A stretch of DNA of 64,000 bases, from positions 34,116-98,115 of IMG/VR virus record IMGVR_UViG_3300049719_000225. One strand, written 5' to 3'. Of this stretch, positions 19,860 through 30,482 are shown piece after piece. The position numbers and the translations under genes are program-made. Source of the DNA: a virus. The notes under the pieces are model-generated. The model was not told the origin of the DNA. It saw only the letters and a list, made by a program, of their open reading frames with translations, and did no database searches. Positions within the stretch are counted from its first letter, which is position 1; each line of letters starts with the position of its first letter.

Positions 19860-20132
19860 ATGGCTTGGAGAGATTTCTATCAACCGGCACAGCAGGAAAA
19901 CGCGCCACTGCCCCAACTCACAGAGTCACAGGTGAAGGAGTCGGTCGCTACTGTGGTTCCAGTCATTGTACCACCAGTGGAGGAGCTTCTCACACCCCAG
20001 GTCGAGACTCCCGCCACAGAGCTTCAAACAGAGAGTGGCGTAGCGTGTCGAATTGAGGGCAATTCGATGCCTCTGCCCAGGCGCTCTGATGGCTCTCGAC
20101 TCTGTGCCAACGTGCACAGGTTCCTTGGATGA
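19860..20132 (+). CDS. hypothetical protein
   Basis: Operonic ORF. Confidence 0.55.
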   Translation: MAWRDFYQPAQQENAPLPQLTESQVKESVATVVPVIVPPVEELLTPQVETPATELQTESGVACRIEGNSMPLPRRSDGSRLCANVHRFLG

Positions 20133-20506
20133 TACTGCCCATACCTGGTGGTCCTACTGAGAGGACCCAGTTCGAGGAAGACTTCGTCCTAGCAACGGGT
20201 AAGCAAGCTCCGGAGCCTCCTCGGCACCCACGCCCTGGATCTGCGCCTGCTGCGGAAAAGGTACTGCGCATAGACATCTCTCACGAGTATTTCTCAGGGG
20301 ACTACCTGGTCATCTCCTGGGAGGGACAATCCGAAGAACACACACATGCAGAGACACTTGAATGGCTGAAGCAGCACGGTGCCAAGGATGAGGAGAAAAT
20401 GAACGAGGCCATCAACTGCGCCCTGAATTTTGGTCGGTCGGTATTTACCATTCGGGACCCCAAGAGGCCAACGTACAAGACGGACCCGATAGACCCCAAG
20501 ATATAG
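20129..20506 (+). CDS. hypothetical protein
   Basis: ATGA overlap with the upstream ORF. Confidence 0.6.
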   Translation: MILPIPGGPTERTQFEEDFVLATGKQAPEPPRHPRPGSAPAAEKVLRIDISHEYFSGDYLVISWEGQSEEHTHAETLEWLKQHGAKDEEKMNEAINCALNFGRSVFTIRDPKRPTYKTDPIDPKI

Positions 20507-20603
20507 GTTTATAGCCTGGCAAAATCTACGACTGGGTAAGCGTCTTACAACTAGGCAGGCCTGGATGTTAGGTGTTTCCAGTTTACACCAGGCTGGTTAG
20601 TTC

Positions 20604-22397
20604 ATGTCCAAGATACTCCTCCTGGAGGACGTACATCAGTTTATCCCCAAGCCTGCTGCGGTCCAAGAGATCAAGGAAAGCATGGCTCGCGGTCAGCTGA
20701 AGTTCCCAGTGGAGATAACGGGACGCCTCTCCGTCATCGGTATCAGGAACGAGAACAACAGGCGCTACAAGAAATCGGTGTGGGAGAAGCAGCTGCAGGA
20801 AAACTCGCAGCTTCGCTCTTTGATCAAGGCCCGCAGGTCTGTGGGCCTTCTCGAACATCCCGAGGATGGTCAGGTTTCCCTGAGGTCTCCGATCACCCAC
20901 ATCCTAATGGATGTCTGGATGGAGGGCGACGAAGTTTTCGGGAAGCTTGGATTCATCAACACTCCCGAGGGCCACAAGATGCTGGCCCTGATCGAGGCGG
21001 GCTACAACCCCCTCGTTTCCAGTCGAGGCTATGGAAGCGTCGTACGGGGATCCGATGGCGTGGACGACGTTCAGGAAGACTACGTCTGCGAAGGCTGGGA
21101 CTCCGTGTGGAATCCCTCCTTCAAGACCGCTGAACTCGACGGTTCCCAGCTTCGTACCAGGTCCGAAGCCAAGACCGAGTCCACCGAACCCGCCAAGCCT
21201 GCCCTCACGTCCGAAAGCCCCGAAGTCAACCTCTACGAGTCAAAAACAGAACAGAGCACCAACAACATGAACGACCAGCTAAAGTCCATCAGGGAGTCAA
21301 TTGCTCCCCTTGCGACGGCTGATGTGGCCAGCATGCCGCCTCAGCAAGTCGCATCCACGCTCGCCCGCTGTGGCGAGTTGCACCGCCGGGCCGCTCAAGT
21401 GGCAGATCCCGCCTCTTCCTGGGACGTTCATGAGATTCACCAGGAAATCACCGCAGTGGAAAACCGCCTCACCGAGGCGATGTCCGCACCGGCGAAGAAG
21501 GTGGCTGCCCTGAACGAGCAGAGCACGAAGACGCTGAAGACCCTGAAGATCGTCGCCGAGACGGCGCTGAAGTTCAAGGGTGCAGCGACCAAGTACCTCA
21601 AGGAGGCGCAGTCCAAGTCGGCCAAGCTCAAGGAGACCATCGAGCGCGGACAGGGCTGGGTCAAGCGTGCCCGCATTGCCGAGGCCCGCCTCAAGAAGGT
21701 GGAGGCCAAGTACCAGTTCGCCTGCGAGTCGGTCGATGAGATCAAGGCTCGCTACGAGGCCGACACGACCGAGCTGGGACGCCGGATGCTCCAGCTGGAG
21801 TTCAAGGAGAAGTTCACGGACGCCGATCTGCTGAAGCAGCTCAACGAAGCGTCTTCGCTCAAGGACCTCATCGCCATTCGCGAGAAGTTCAAGGAGCCGG
21901 ATGGCGGCGTCGTCAAGGTATCGGGCGGCAAGGCCGGTCCCGGTGAGGTCGTGGGCAAGGAGGGTGCCACCAAGGATGCCGCGAAGGCCCCGGGTGTCAG
22001 CCAGACCCTGAAGACCACGCCCGTCAAGGACGAGGAACAGGTGGGCGTCGATAGCGAAGGCAAGAAGCTCGGCGGCTCCCTGAAGGGCAACGCTGGATCC
22101 AGGGGCGTTGCTGAGGATGTCTCATCCGAGGCCGGTCCCGGGGAAGTCGAAGGCAAGGAGAAGCCCACCAAGGACGCCGCCAAGGATCCCGGCAAGTCCG
22201 AAACACTCGCCGACAAGAAGGACGACAAGGACGAAGAGGGCAAGAAGGGCGCAGACGACACTGGCAAGAAGGAGTCTGTCAGCCCCGGTGCTCGCACGAC
22301 GACGCTCGTTGAGGCTGTCCTCATGAGCCCCGACCGTGAGTTCAACGTCTCGGAACTCTCAGGCAGCATTCGCCGCCTTTCGGAATCTCGCAAGTAA
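20604..22397 (+). CDS. prohead protease (T4 gp21-like) fused to a scaffold/core coiled coil
   Basis: RNENNRRY, GLLEHP, NTPEG, VSSRGYGS, WDSVWNPS; coiled-coil C-terminus with two AGPGEV.GKE repeats. Confidence 0.9.
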   Translation: MSKILLLEDVHQFIPKPAAVQEIKESMARGQLKFPVEITGRLSVIGIRNENNRRYKKSVWEKQLQENSQLRSLIKARRSVGLLEHPEDGQVSLRSPITHILMDVWMEGDEVFGKLGFINTPEGHKMLALIEAGYNPLVSSRGYGSVVRGSDGVDDVQEDYVCEGWDSVWNPSFKTAELDGSQLRTRSEAKTESTEPAKPALTSESPEVNLYESKTEQSTNNMNDQLKSIRESIAPLATADVASMPPQQVASTLARCGELHRRAAQVADPASSWDVHEIHQEITAVENRLTEAMSAPAKKVAALNEQSTKTLKTLKIVAETALKFKGAATKYLKEAQSKSAKLKETIERGQGWVKRARIAEARLKKVEAKYQFACESVDEIKARYEADTTELGRRMLQLEFKEKFTDADLLKQLNEASSLKDLIAIREKFKEPDGGVVKVSGGKAGPGEVVGKEGATKDAAKAPGVSQTLKTTPVKDEEQVGVDSEGKKLGGSLKGNAGSRGVAEDVSSEAGPGEVEGKEKPTKDAAKDPGKSETLADKKDDKDEEGKKGADDTGKKESVSPGARTTTLVEAVLMSPDREFNVSELSGSIRRLSESRK

Positions 22398-22442
22398 CGG
22401 CCTAAAGCCAATTCAGAAACTAAACAACAAGGACAAACCACT

Positions 22443-23930
22443 ATGTCAGTCGTAGCACAAAATGGTAGGCCGATGCTCGTCACAGACGGCGGCCAGCCCG
22501 CAAAGTTCGCGGAAATTTTGGAGTGGGGTTACCACCTCGCCAAGACGCCGCTCGGAATCCCCTCTGGGGGCAATCACAAGGCCATCTGGGAGGCCAAGGG
22601 ATGGAAGGAGTTTGTAGAGGGCATGCCCGAATACAAGCAGGCCACCACCGCCATCATGTTGGAGAACTGCCGCAAGACCTTCGGTCGCCTCGATGAGGTG
22701 ACGCGCACACAGGCCCTCGGCTCCTTCGACAAGTGGATCTTCCCGGTCATCGCCAACATGGCGGAGAATGACGTGATCGACCAGATCGTGGCGCTCCAGC
22801 CCATGTCCGGGCCGACCTCACAGGTCGTCTACATGGACATCGTGACGGAGACCTCGAAGGGCCAGATCCCGGGTGGCACGCCGTTCTGGCGCGCAATCCA
22901 GGGAGCGGCTGACCGCTTCGGTGACTCCGACGAGCTGGTCCAGAACGAGACGTACACGACGGACGGTTCGGGCAACCTGGGCAACTCGCCCACGGTCAAC
23001 CTCGCGTGGCTGCCCGTAAGGGCTGGCACCGTGCAGGTCACCCTCAACGGTGTGACGACCATGGACGACGGCAACGGCGTCATCTTGGCGCTTGGCGGCA
23101 CGTTCCAGACAGCGGGTACGATCAACTACCTGACGGGTGCCATCGTGGTCAACGGCAGCGCTGGTGGAGCTAACAGCACCATCACGATCACGTATGCGTT
23201 CAACTCGGAAGCCAACCAGACCATTCAGGGTTACGAAATGAGGCTCAGCGCCGTGCCTGTGACGGCGAAGGTCCTCAAGCTCCGCACCCTGTGGTCAGAG
23301 GAAGCCGACCAGAACCTCCAGGCGATGTTCAACATCAAGATGGAGAGCACGATGATCAACGCTCTCACGGCGGGTCTGCAGTACCAGAAGCACCGCTCCG
23401 TGATCGCCGACATCCGCGCCAGGGCTCAGGCAGGCACAGTGTCATGGGATGCTACGCCCCCGACCTCGGTGAACTACCAGACGCACAAGTTCAGCTTCAT
23501 CGACGCCATCGTCACGGGGTCCAACCTGATCCTCGGAGCGACGAACATGGTGTCTGGCAACTGGATCATCCTCGGCCTTCAGGCGGCTACCGTCGTACAG
23601 ACGCTGCCCCAGTTCCAGGCCAAGGGCAACCTCCAGGAGACGCAGGGCATCTCCTACATCGGCGATATGGCCGGGTTCAAGTGTTTCCGCGACCCGCACT
23701 ACCCGCAGTCCGAGTTCCTGATTGGTTACAAGGGTGACCAGTTCGTGCGCACGGGCTACGTGTTGGCCGAGTGGCAGAAGCTCTACACCACCCCGGACGT
23801 GGTGCTGACGGACTTCGTCCATCGTCGTGGCTTTGCGACCTCGTTCGCCAAGCACTGCATCAACGCCGGAATGTATTGCCGTGGTTCTGTGCTTAATGCC
23901 CCGGTAGCATTTGGTCAGGTGTTTGGTTAA
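22443..23930 (+). CDS. major capsid protein (T4 gp23-like)
   Basis: TAIMLEN, VALQPMSGPT, VTAK..KLRTLWS.EADQNL, LIGYKG. Confidence 0.92.
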   Translation: MSVVAQNGRPMLVTDGGQPAKFAEILEWGYHLAKTPLGIPSGGNHKAIWEAKGWKEFVEGMPEYKQATTAIMLENCRKTFGRLDEVTRTQALGSFDKWIFPVIANMAENDVIDQIVALQPMSGPTSQVVYMDIVTETSKGQIPGGTPFWRAIQGAADRFGDSDELVQNETYTTDGSGNLGNSPTVNLAWLPVRAGTVQVTLNGVTTMDDGNGVILALGGTFQTAGTINYLTGAIVVNGSAGGANSTITITYAFNSEANQTIQGYEMRLSAVPVTAKVLKLRTLWSEEADQNLQAMFNIKMESTMINALTAGLQYQKHRSVIADIRARAQAGTVSWDATPPTSVNYQTHKFSFIDAIVTGSNLILGATNMVSGNWIILGLQAATVVQTLPQFQAKGNLQETQGISYIGDMAGFKCFRDPHYPQSEFLIGYKGDQFVRTGYVLAEWQKLYTTPDVVLTDFVHRRGFATSFAKHCINAGMYCRGSVLNAPVAFGQVFG

Positions 23931-23956
23931 TAGTAACTTACACCAGTTTTTCACTC

Positions 23957-23991
23957 GAAAAACCCTCTGGAAACAGGGGGTTTTTCTTTTG
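23957..23991 (+). terminator. intrinsic terminator after the capsid gene
   Basis: GAAAAACCCTCTG-GAAA-CAGGGGGTTTTTC followed by T-tract. Confidence 0.8.
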
Positions 23992-24084
23992 TCTGGATCA
24001 GTGTTAAACGCCCCTGTACCACTCTCATGTGAAGTAATTTAATACTTTACACCTTTGGCACGTTGTGCACTGTTCTATCAGAGC

Positions 24085-25065
24085 ATGAGTTCCAAATACA
24101 CAGAGGAGTCTATCCTAGTCGATGCGTTACGGTTTATCATCAAACGCGACTGGAAACAGCAGTCCTACCGTTTCTACAAACAGGCCCGCGAGAGAGGCCC
24201 TGAGTTTTATGCCCGTTGCATGGCTCACATGCGCAAAGGACGCCCACCGGTCGGGCCTACCAAGGGTAAGTTCAAGTTCAGCGATGCTGAGATAGAGGCT
24301 GGCGCAAAACTCTACACCGAGCGGGGAAGGTTCAAGAACGGACCCCATGGACGGCTCTACGAGGCTGGGCGCAGGCGTCACGGCATCTACTCAGACTTCT
24401 GGAAGCGCATCACGGCCCACATGGAGGCTCCTAGGAATCCCTACGGCGGTGACATTTATGCCTACGTGGTGGCTTTCGAGGACATGCACGCCTACGTGGG
24501 TATTTCCTGCCGTGCGGAGGGCGTGCGCATGGACGATCCCGCCGATGGTCACCTAGTGAAAGGGCCTGTGTTCCGACACCTGCAAAAGCATCCCGGCATC
24601 AAATATGAGTTCCATGTGATTGAGCCAAGTGTTGCCTATGCCGACAAGAGGGATCGGGAAGGTTACTGGCAGGCCCATTTCATTTCAGAGGGCTGGACAC
24701 CCCTTTGGAACCCCAAGACGATACCTGGAAGTCTCGGGAGGATACCCACGGTTACGAAGGAGCAGTGCGCGGCCTGTGCGCGACTCTGCAAGGAGCGCAC
24801 AGAGTTCCTGCGGCGGTATCAAAGCCGATACAAGATCGCCAAGAAACGAGGCTGGTATGATGAGATCACCACGCACATGCGTTCCAACGATGATGCCCGA
24901 CGGGAACTGTGCAGGAAGCTGGCGGCTAGGCCAGTCTCTCAGGTCACGAGGGACAGGCAGTCTGCTGCCAAACTGGGCCGTAAACTTTCACCTGAACATA
25001 GAGACAAGCTTGCTGCCCATAACAGGGCGCGGGCACAGAAAATTTATGAATACACTACCGTTTGA
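24085..25065 (+). CDS. GIY-YIG-like homing endonuclease with NUMOD3-like tail
   Basis: IYAY..F.D.HAYVGIS..R; GRKLSPEHRDKL. Confidence 0.7.
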   Translation: MSSKYTEESILVDALRFIIKRDWKQQSYRFYKQARERGPEFYARCMAHMRKGRPPVGPTKGKFKFSDAEIEAGAKLYTERGRFKNGPHGRLYEAGRRRHGIYSDFWKRITAHMEAPRNPYGGDIYAYVVAFEDMHAYVGISCRAEGVRMDDPADGHLVKGPVFRHLQKHPGIKYEFHVIEPSVAYADKRDREGYWQAHFISEGWTPLWNPKTIPGSLGRIPTVTKEQCAACARLCKERTEFLRRYQSRYKIAKKRGWYDEITTHMRSNDDARRELCRKLAARPVSQVTRDRQSAAKLGRKLSPEHRDKLAAHNRARAQKIYEYTTV

Positions 25066-25471
25066 CGAGGGAATGGAGAAGTTAGAAGCGGAGGTCACTG
25101 GCCTCCTAATAAGCCGTGGGTTCGCAGAGCCCAAACTGAGCTATTGCATGTACGAATCAACTGGTTGGTCCGAGGAGAAGATGGAGATCGGCAAGTCGTA
25201 CCCAGCAGACCACCCTATTTTTGATTCTTCCAAGGTCGTGATGACCTACCCAGACTTATCGGCCCGATTCGCTGAGGGACAGGTACGTTTCGTGAGCCAC
25301 GGATGGGCTGGAGAAACTGTGTACACTAACCCAACCTGCACTGATCTAATAGTGGAGGCTGAGAAGTGCATCCGCGATCTAGGTGAAATTGACCACATTT
25401 TCTTGGAGGAGTGCGTCAGGATACGCAGCCACAAAGGCGTCCAACGCTACTCAATGTTTTTCGGTAGCTAA
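25046..25471 (+). CDS. hypothetical protein
   Basis: DHIFLE motif; ATG start. Confidence 0.55.
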   Translation: MNTLPFDEGMEKLEAEVTGLLISRGFAEPKLSYCMYESTGWSEEKMEIGKSYPADHPIFDSSKVVMTYPDLSARFAEGQVRFVSHGWAGETVYTNPTCTDLIVEAEKCIRDLGEIDHIFLEECVRIRSHKGVQRYSMFFGS

Positions 25472-25744
25472 AGTTGTAGGCAGCTTGTGCATCTCGAACA
25501 GCCTGTTCCACACCTCAACCAACCGAGCCTCTGTGCGCTCACTAGGCGCTCCCAGAAGCCAGTGGAACTCCTCCTGGGAACAGGCCAGCCACTCGGCCGA
25601 CCAAGAGCCTATTTTGTGCCCCTGCAGATGGCAGAGGTAGGGCCACTCGCCTGTTACATCGGGTCGTGTGATGAAAAGAAACGGCCTTTTCGCCGGTTCG
25701 ATGAACAGTGTTGTGGTTATCCACTTGTCTGTAGTGAAGCTCAT
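25451..25744 (-). CDS. hypothetical protein
   Basis: 97-aa ORF, divergent from the NADAR gene. Confidence 0.45.
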   Translation of the reverse strand: MSFTTDKWITTTLFIEPAKRPFLFITRPDVTGEWPYLCHLQGHKIGSWSAEWLACSQEEFHWLLGAPSERTEARLVEVWNRLFEMHKLPTTLATEKH

Positions 25745-25761
25745 GTTCTCATCATAGAACG

Positions 25762-26229
25762 ATGCCTCCCTCAGCCAAACTCCAATGGTTCCAGTCGCAG
25801 GGTCTTCAGAAGCACAACGAGTCCGAAATTTGTGGCTTCTTCGAGGACTACAGGTGGCTGTCCAATTTCCACATCTGTACTGTCAGCTATGAAGGCCTGA
25901 GCTATCCGTCGTCCGAGAATGCCTACCAGGCTGCCAAATATCCACCTGAAGAGCGCCCCCAGTTTACGGTGTGCACGCCGTCAGTTTCCAAGAAATTGGG
26001 CAGATTGGCCGCCATCAATCCCGCTGCCTCAAAGGAGGAGGTGATGCTGGACTGCCTGAGGGACAAGTTCACCAACCCCGACCTGAGGCAGAAGCTGCTC
26101 GACACGGGCGAACGCCATCTGGAGGAGACCAACTGGTGGGGCGACACCTTCTGGGGTGTGTGCGACGGCGTGGGCAAGAACATGTTGGGCAAGCTCCTGA
26201 TGCTGGTGAGGGACGAGTTGCGCCCCTAG
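25762..26229 (+). CDS. NADAR (YbiA-like) hydrolase
   Basis: WLSNF..YPSSENAYQAAK..KF..LLDTG..ETNWWGDTFWGV..GKNMLGKLLM. Confidence 0.92.
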   Translation: MPPSAKLQWFQSQGLQKHNESEICGFFEDYRWLSNFHICTVSYEGLSYPSSENAYQAAKYPPEERPQFTVCTPSVSKKLGRLAAINPAASKEEVMLDCLRDKFTNPDLRQKLLDTGERHLEETNWWGDTFWGVCDGVGKNMLGKLLMLVRDELRP

Positions 26230-26236
26230 TTAGGGG

Positions 26237-27679
26237 GTGACCGCCCGCACCCGCATAGACCGCCTGTTTGAAGAGGGCCTGAAGCTTTTCGTTCAGGTGG
26301 TATATGCCAGCGGCGATGAGGAGGTGTTCCCGGCGCTGGTTTCCCGTGAGACTCGCCCTGATTGCCGCAGAGGTCGAAGGGGAGGCAAGTGGAGATTGAC
26401 GATGTTCAAGGAAGTCGAAGTCGAGGACGACAAAGGGTTTAACCAGGAATATAGCACCGAGGGTGTTGTTCACATCAACTTCAATCTTAAGAACCTGTCG
26501 TTCAGGGATGTCTGCAATGTCCCCAACATTAGGGCAGAGTTGGCAGATGCGTATGATCAGTGGGCTGGCAGGGCGGATGATCCCGTGCGAGAGGTAAAGC
26601 TGGGAACGGGCGAGCTTGAAAAAAGCGCGTGGAGTCCCCGTAGGATGTTTGAGACGAACGGAGATGAATCCGGGTGGGGCGATACCAGTGATCCAGATTG
26701 GTTGGGAGCCTTCTGGATGGCACCTGACGGAACTCTGTACGCTACAGAGGGCATGCCTCATGAGGCCTGGGCGGCAGATCATCTCGGCATGGAGTGGGAC
26801 GAAAGGTTTGTCTCGGAAGGCCCTGCCGCATGGATCCTCTATGGAAAAGGTTGGAGGCGCATCATTGTATCTGCAGGGCTGCCCCGTACAATTTGGGTGT
26901 CAGGAGGAAACGTGAACGGGCCACAGAAAGACATCCTTCTCGCTCAGGCCATTGAGCGAGAGTGCATCGTGGGGGCCAGGAAGAACCCGGCTGAAGAAAG
27001 CGGGTGGCGGGGGCCGGAGAAAATTATCTACACCCCACCTGTATCTGAGGGATCCGTTGAGGAGGGCCGACTCAAGAGCATAGCGGCAGCAGGCTTAATG
27101 GGTTTGGCTTCCATACGAGGTGCCCAAGCGCATCACGCAGGTGACCCAGAAACCAAGGTAAACCCAGCAGACCCCGTGTCGAGTGAGGTGATAAACAAGG
27201 CACCTGATGACGGCTACGGAGATTGGGATCAGTCGTTCGATGTCAAGGTGTCAACTAACAGTGACTCGATGGGCGAGCCTTGGATGGGACGAACGTTCAA
27301 ACTAAGGCGCGTGGGCAATGGTGCAGGGCAGGTTCCATTCCAGGACATCCTAGCGATGGTCAAGGCGGGCAAACACCCGGTAGTGCAGAGGAAAAATACG
27401 ATATACGGGGAGGAACGAAACCACTGGGGACAGGGTGCCTATGACTACATCATACACCGTGTCGTCAGGATAGACCACTGGGGAAGGATGATCACCAAGG
27501 GTGACAACAACGACAAGGAGGACCCCGGATTCCTCACGCCTGCAAATACGCACGGGGTGGTGGTGTCAGTAGACAACCCCGAGAAGGGTGCCACCTACGA
27601 CACTCCACACCCCACCAAGGCCCCTGCAGGCGGTGCAGCCCATGCTAGCGAGTCAGTTCGGCGGCTTCTGGCCCGCTAG
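26237..27679 (+). CDS. hypothetical protein, possible internal head protein
   Basis: FWMAPDG..H..WA motif; EEGRLK.IAAAGL. Confidence 0.6.
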   Translation: MTARTRIDRLFEEGLKLFVQVVYASGDEEVFPALVSRETRPDCRRGRRGGKWRLTMFKEVEVEDDKGFNQEYSTEGVVHINFNLKNLSFRDVCNVPNIRAELADAYDQWAGRADDPVREVKLGTGELEKSAWSPRRMFETNGDESGWGDTSDPDWLGAFWMAPDGTLYATEGMPHEAWAADHLGMEWDERFVSEGPAAWILYGKGWRRIIVSAGLPRTIWVSGGNVNGPQKDILLAQAIERECIVGARKNPAEESGWRGPEKIIYTPPVSEGSVEEGRLKSIAAAGLMGLASIRGAQAHHAGDPETKVNPADPVSSEVINKAPDDGYGDWDQSFDVKVSTNSDSMGEPWMGRTFKLRRVGNGAGQVPFQDILAMVKAGKHPVVQRKNTIYGEERNHWGQGAYDYIIHRVVRIDHWGRMITKGDNNDKEDPGFLTPANTHGVVVSVDNPEKGATYDTPHPTKAPAGGAAHASESVRRLLAR

Positions 27680-28048
27680 GACGCTTCTCTTGTCATTCTG
27701 GAGCCGCTGCAGAGCCTGCTCACAACGTTTAAGCTGTCTTTCTGCTCTCCTTAACAGTTCAGGAGTTGTTTTTCTCATCCGCACCTCCTTGTGCAGTTCG
27801 GCGAAGCGTTCGCGCTTATAGGCGAGGTCTCTCCTTATCTCTGCCAGTTCCTGGGCTCGTAGCCGCGGAAGCAGTTTCTGGCTGATGGTGTAGTGTCCGT
27901 CAGGATCCCGTCCTGTGCGGAGCACGGTGCGCCACGCATCTGCGGGATGCCTCAGGGGCTTTTCGTCGCCCCGTGCGCTGATGCGCACGTAGCGGTCATT
28001 CGGGTCATCAAAGCGGCTGGGGTCCCAGCCAACGGGTGGTGTGATCAT
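27653..28048 (-). CDS. hypothetical protein
   Basis: 131-aa ORF. Confidence 0.5.
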   Translation of the reverse strand: MITPPVGWDPSRFDDPNDRYVRISARGDEKPLRHPADAWRTVLRTGRDPDGHYTISQKLLPRLRAQELAEIRRDLAYKRERFAELHKEVRMRKTTPELLRRAERQLKRCEQALQRLQNDKRSVLAGQKPPN

Positions 28049-28138
28049 GTGTGTTGACTAACGTGCTAACCCAAGGCCCGTCTCAATAACGGGTTACTTG
28101 TGATAGCCAGTATTAGTCAACACCCCTACCCCGAAGCC

Positions 28139-28348
28139 TTATCCCTCCCAGTTGAGATTGTCCCACCCGGGCATGAAGCGGTTGAGAATTTCCACGACGC
28201 ACGGGTTGTCTGCTGCAGTGCTGAGGAGTACTTCACGAACGAGTTCACGGTCGGGGAGCTTTGACACGCGCTCCTCCTCTGCAAGCACAAAAGCGAGCCT
28301 TTCGATGGCCATCATTTGCTGCTCGGGGAGTGCTCGTGACATCACCAT
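28139..28348 (-). CDS. hypothetical protein
   Basis: Short ORF, divergent from the exonuclease. Confidence 0.45.
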   Translation of the reverse strand: MVMSRALPEQQMMAIERLAFVLAEEERVSKLPDRELVREVLLSTAADNPCVVEILNRFMPGWDNLNWEG

Positions 28349-28378
28349 GATAGAATAACTACAGTTCTTGGAAAGAAC

Positions 28379-29260
28379 ATGATCCCTGCGCTCATCATTG
28401 ACGGCAGATGCCTCTTCGACCGAGCCTGGTGGGCAGCCAGAAACTCCGAGGAGTTGGGTGAGTATCCGAGTCACATTGTGTCCGCAGGGGCCGCTATTGC
28501 CAGTCTTGCCTGCCTCCTGGGACCTGGTGGAAGACTACCGTATGAGCCCACGCACCTGCTTGTGAGCTGGGATGGGCCAGAGGCGAAGACGATCAAGCCG
28601 CGTCCAGAGAAAGCCGCCGATCACGGTCCTGATCTGGCCTTCTTCAAGAGTCTCCTGCCACTGCTTGTGGGGGGAGCCCATTACGAGGTGCCCACAGGAG
28701 TGTTTGGCGAGAGTGACGATGTCGTGGCCACCGCAGTGGAGTTGTACAAGGACAGGTACAAGCTCACCATCCTCAGCTCGGACAAGGACCTGCAGCAACT
28801 CGTGCGTGAGGCCAGCTACTTCAATCTGCAGACGCAACAGGAGGTGACAGAGGAGGACGTTCAGGTGCGTTGGCATGTGGGTAGACCCAGTCACCTGGCG
28901 CTGTACCTTGCACTAGAAGGCGACCCCAAGGATGGTGTGGATGGCACCGACAAGATCGGGGCAAAGGGGGCGAAGCGGCTGCTGGAAGGCATGGGCGACG
29001 TTCCTGTCACCGAAGCCCTCGCTCTTCTCCTGCCCCAATTGAACCCCCTGCAGCGGGATCAACTTTACAGCTCGTTGGAACTCACCCTCCTGCGCAGGGA
29101 CCTTCCAGGTGTGCCAGAGCCAGCTCCAATCAATTTGGCAGGCTTCGACATGCTTGATGAGGCAGGCATTCAGGGGTCCGCTAGAAACGTCTGGGGCCAG
29201 CTTCTTGGCAGGTCTAAGGCTCACACCGTGCTGCCTGATCTCACCGAGTACGAAAGGTGA
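28379..29260 (+). CDS. 5'-3' exonuclease / RNase H (Pol I N-terminal-like)
   Basis: LIIDG, ESDDVVA, SSDKDLQQL, LEGD.KDG..G..KIG.K.A. Confidence 0.9.
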   Translation: MIPALIIDGRCLFDRAWWAARNSEELGEYPSHIVSAGAAIASLACLLGPGGRLPYEPTHLLVSWDGPEAKTIKPRPEKAADHGPDLAFFKSLLPLLVGGAHYEVPTGVFGESDDVVATAVELYKDRYKLTILSSDKDLQQLVREASYFNLQTQQEVTEEDVQVRWHVGRPSHLALYLALEGDPKDGVDGTDKIGAKGAKRLLEGMGDVPVTEALALLLPQLNPLQRDQLYSSLELTLLRRDLPGVPEPAPINLAGFDMLDEAGIQGSARNVWGQLLGRSKAHTVLPDLTEYER

Positions 29261-29287
29261 GTTCTTCTTCGGGAACAGTTACATACA

Positions 29288-30061
29288 ATGGCTATCAACA
29301 CCAACCTCAAGGATCTCACCCCCGCTTCCCAACGGTTCAAGCAGGAGATCATCCTCCCGTCCGGCGGCTTCAGCAACCCCACAGCCTTCCCACAGGGTAA
29401 GCTCACCGTGTACCCCTGGGACATGGGCACCAGTGAGTGGATGGTGTCTGCGCCAAGGACCAACGAACTCCTCTACATGACCCAGCTTGTGGGGCGTCTC
29501 ACACATCTCCCCACAGACACGGTGAAGACGTTGGTGGCGAGCGAGCTTCCTCTCATCGTCATGGTGGCCCGGGCGCTGACATTCGAGGACAACCGTGTGG
29601 AGTACACAGCCGTCTGCCCGCACTGTCGCACGGCGCAGACAAAGGTATCGCTCCAGATTCCCAATTCTCTGGAGAAGGTGGCTGTGAAGGCCGCAGACTA
29701 CACGCACGACACCATCGTTCTGCCAGTGAGCAAGGATGAGGTGTCCATCAAGCCCGCCACAGTGAACGAGCAGGAAGCGGCACGCAACCGTCCTGAGAGA
29801 TACCAGAAGGTGCTGAGCAACGTCGAGGCCTCGGCCCTGGCCGCTGTTCGTGGCATCGGTGGTGGCACTCCTGACCATCAGGATCAGCTCGTGCAGTGGT
29901 ATCGTGCGCTGTCACCCACTGACGCTGAGTTCCTCGTCACCGAGGTGGCCAAGGCCAACCCGGGCGTCAGCACCTCCATCAAGCACCTGTGCGACAATCC
30001 GTCGTGCGCCAGAGAGTTCACCTACGAGATGAACCTGGCGACGGACTTTTTTCGCAGCTGA
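29288..30061 (+). CDS. baseplate hub assembly / tail chaperone (T4 gp26-like)
   Basis: I.LPS.G, CPHC, I.LPVSK, C..C..DFFRS C-terminus. Confidence 0.8.
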   Translation: MAINTNLKDLTPASQRFKQEIILPSGGFSNPTAFPQGKLTVYPWDMGTSEWMVSAPRTNELLYMTQLVGRLTHLPTDTVKTLVASELPLIVMVARALTFEDNRVEYTAVCPHCRTAQTKVSLQIPNSLEKVAVKAADYTHDTIVLPVSKDEVSIKPATVNEQEAARNRPERYQKVLSNVEASALAAVRGIGGGTPDHQDQLVQWYRALSPTDAEFLVTEVAKANPGVSTSIKHLCDNPSCAREFTYEMNLATDFFRS

Positions 30062-30227
30062 GGCCATAGCGTTCCTGCGGCGTGCCTGGATCCGCCGCTT
30101 TAACTTGGCCGCATCAGGCTTGGGAATGAGCCTGGACCTCACAAGGGTGCCTGACTATGTCATCCCCTGGCTGGAGGAAGTGACAAATCAGGTACAGTCA
30201 GAGATAAAATCTTCGAGGAAGGGGTGA
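30051..30227 (+). CDS. +1-frame extension of the gp26-like gene (gp51/gpT-like)
   Basis: Open frame FAAEAIAFLRRAWIRRFNLA..KG* begins at TTT-TTT-C. Confidence 0.5.
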   Translation, partial: FAAEAIAFLRRAWIRRFNLAASGLGMSLDLTRVPDYVIPWLEEVTNQVQSEIKSSRKG

Positions 30228-30482
30228 CAAATCCTGTTTATTTTTGGCTTTACAGGAAGCCCCATTTCCGTATGCTGTTGGCATGGACGAATCCGATGCT
30301 AACCTCTACCTCCTCGTTGTTTCCCCCTGGGATGAGTGTCTTAACGAGCTGGCGAAGCTTTCCGAGAAAACATGAAAAGTGTGTCAACACTTATTTTTCT
30401 CGGGGCACTCAGTTCCGTAAGTTGTTCAAAAACCCTCTAAACGACGAATACTTAAAAAACCGAAATGGTATAATGTAGGTCT

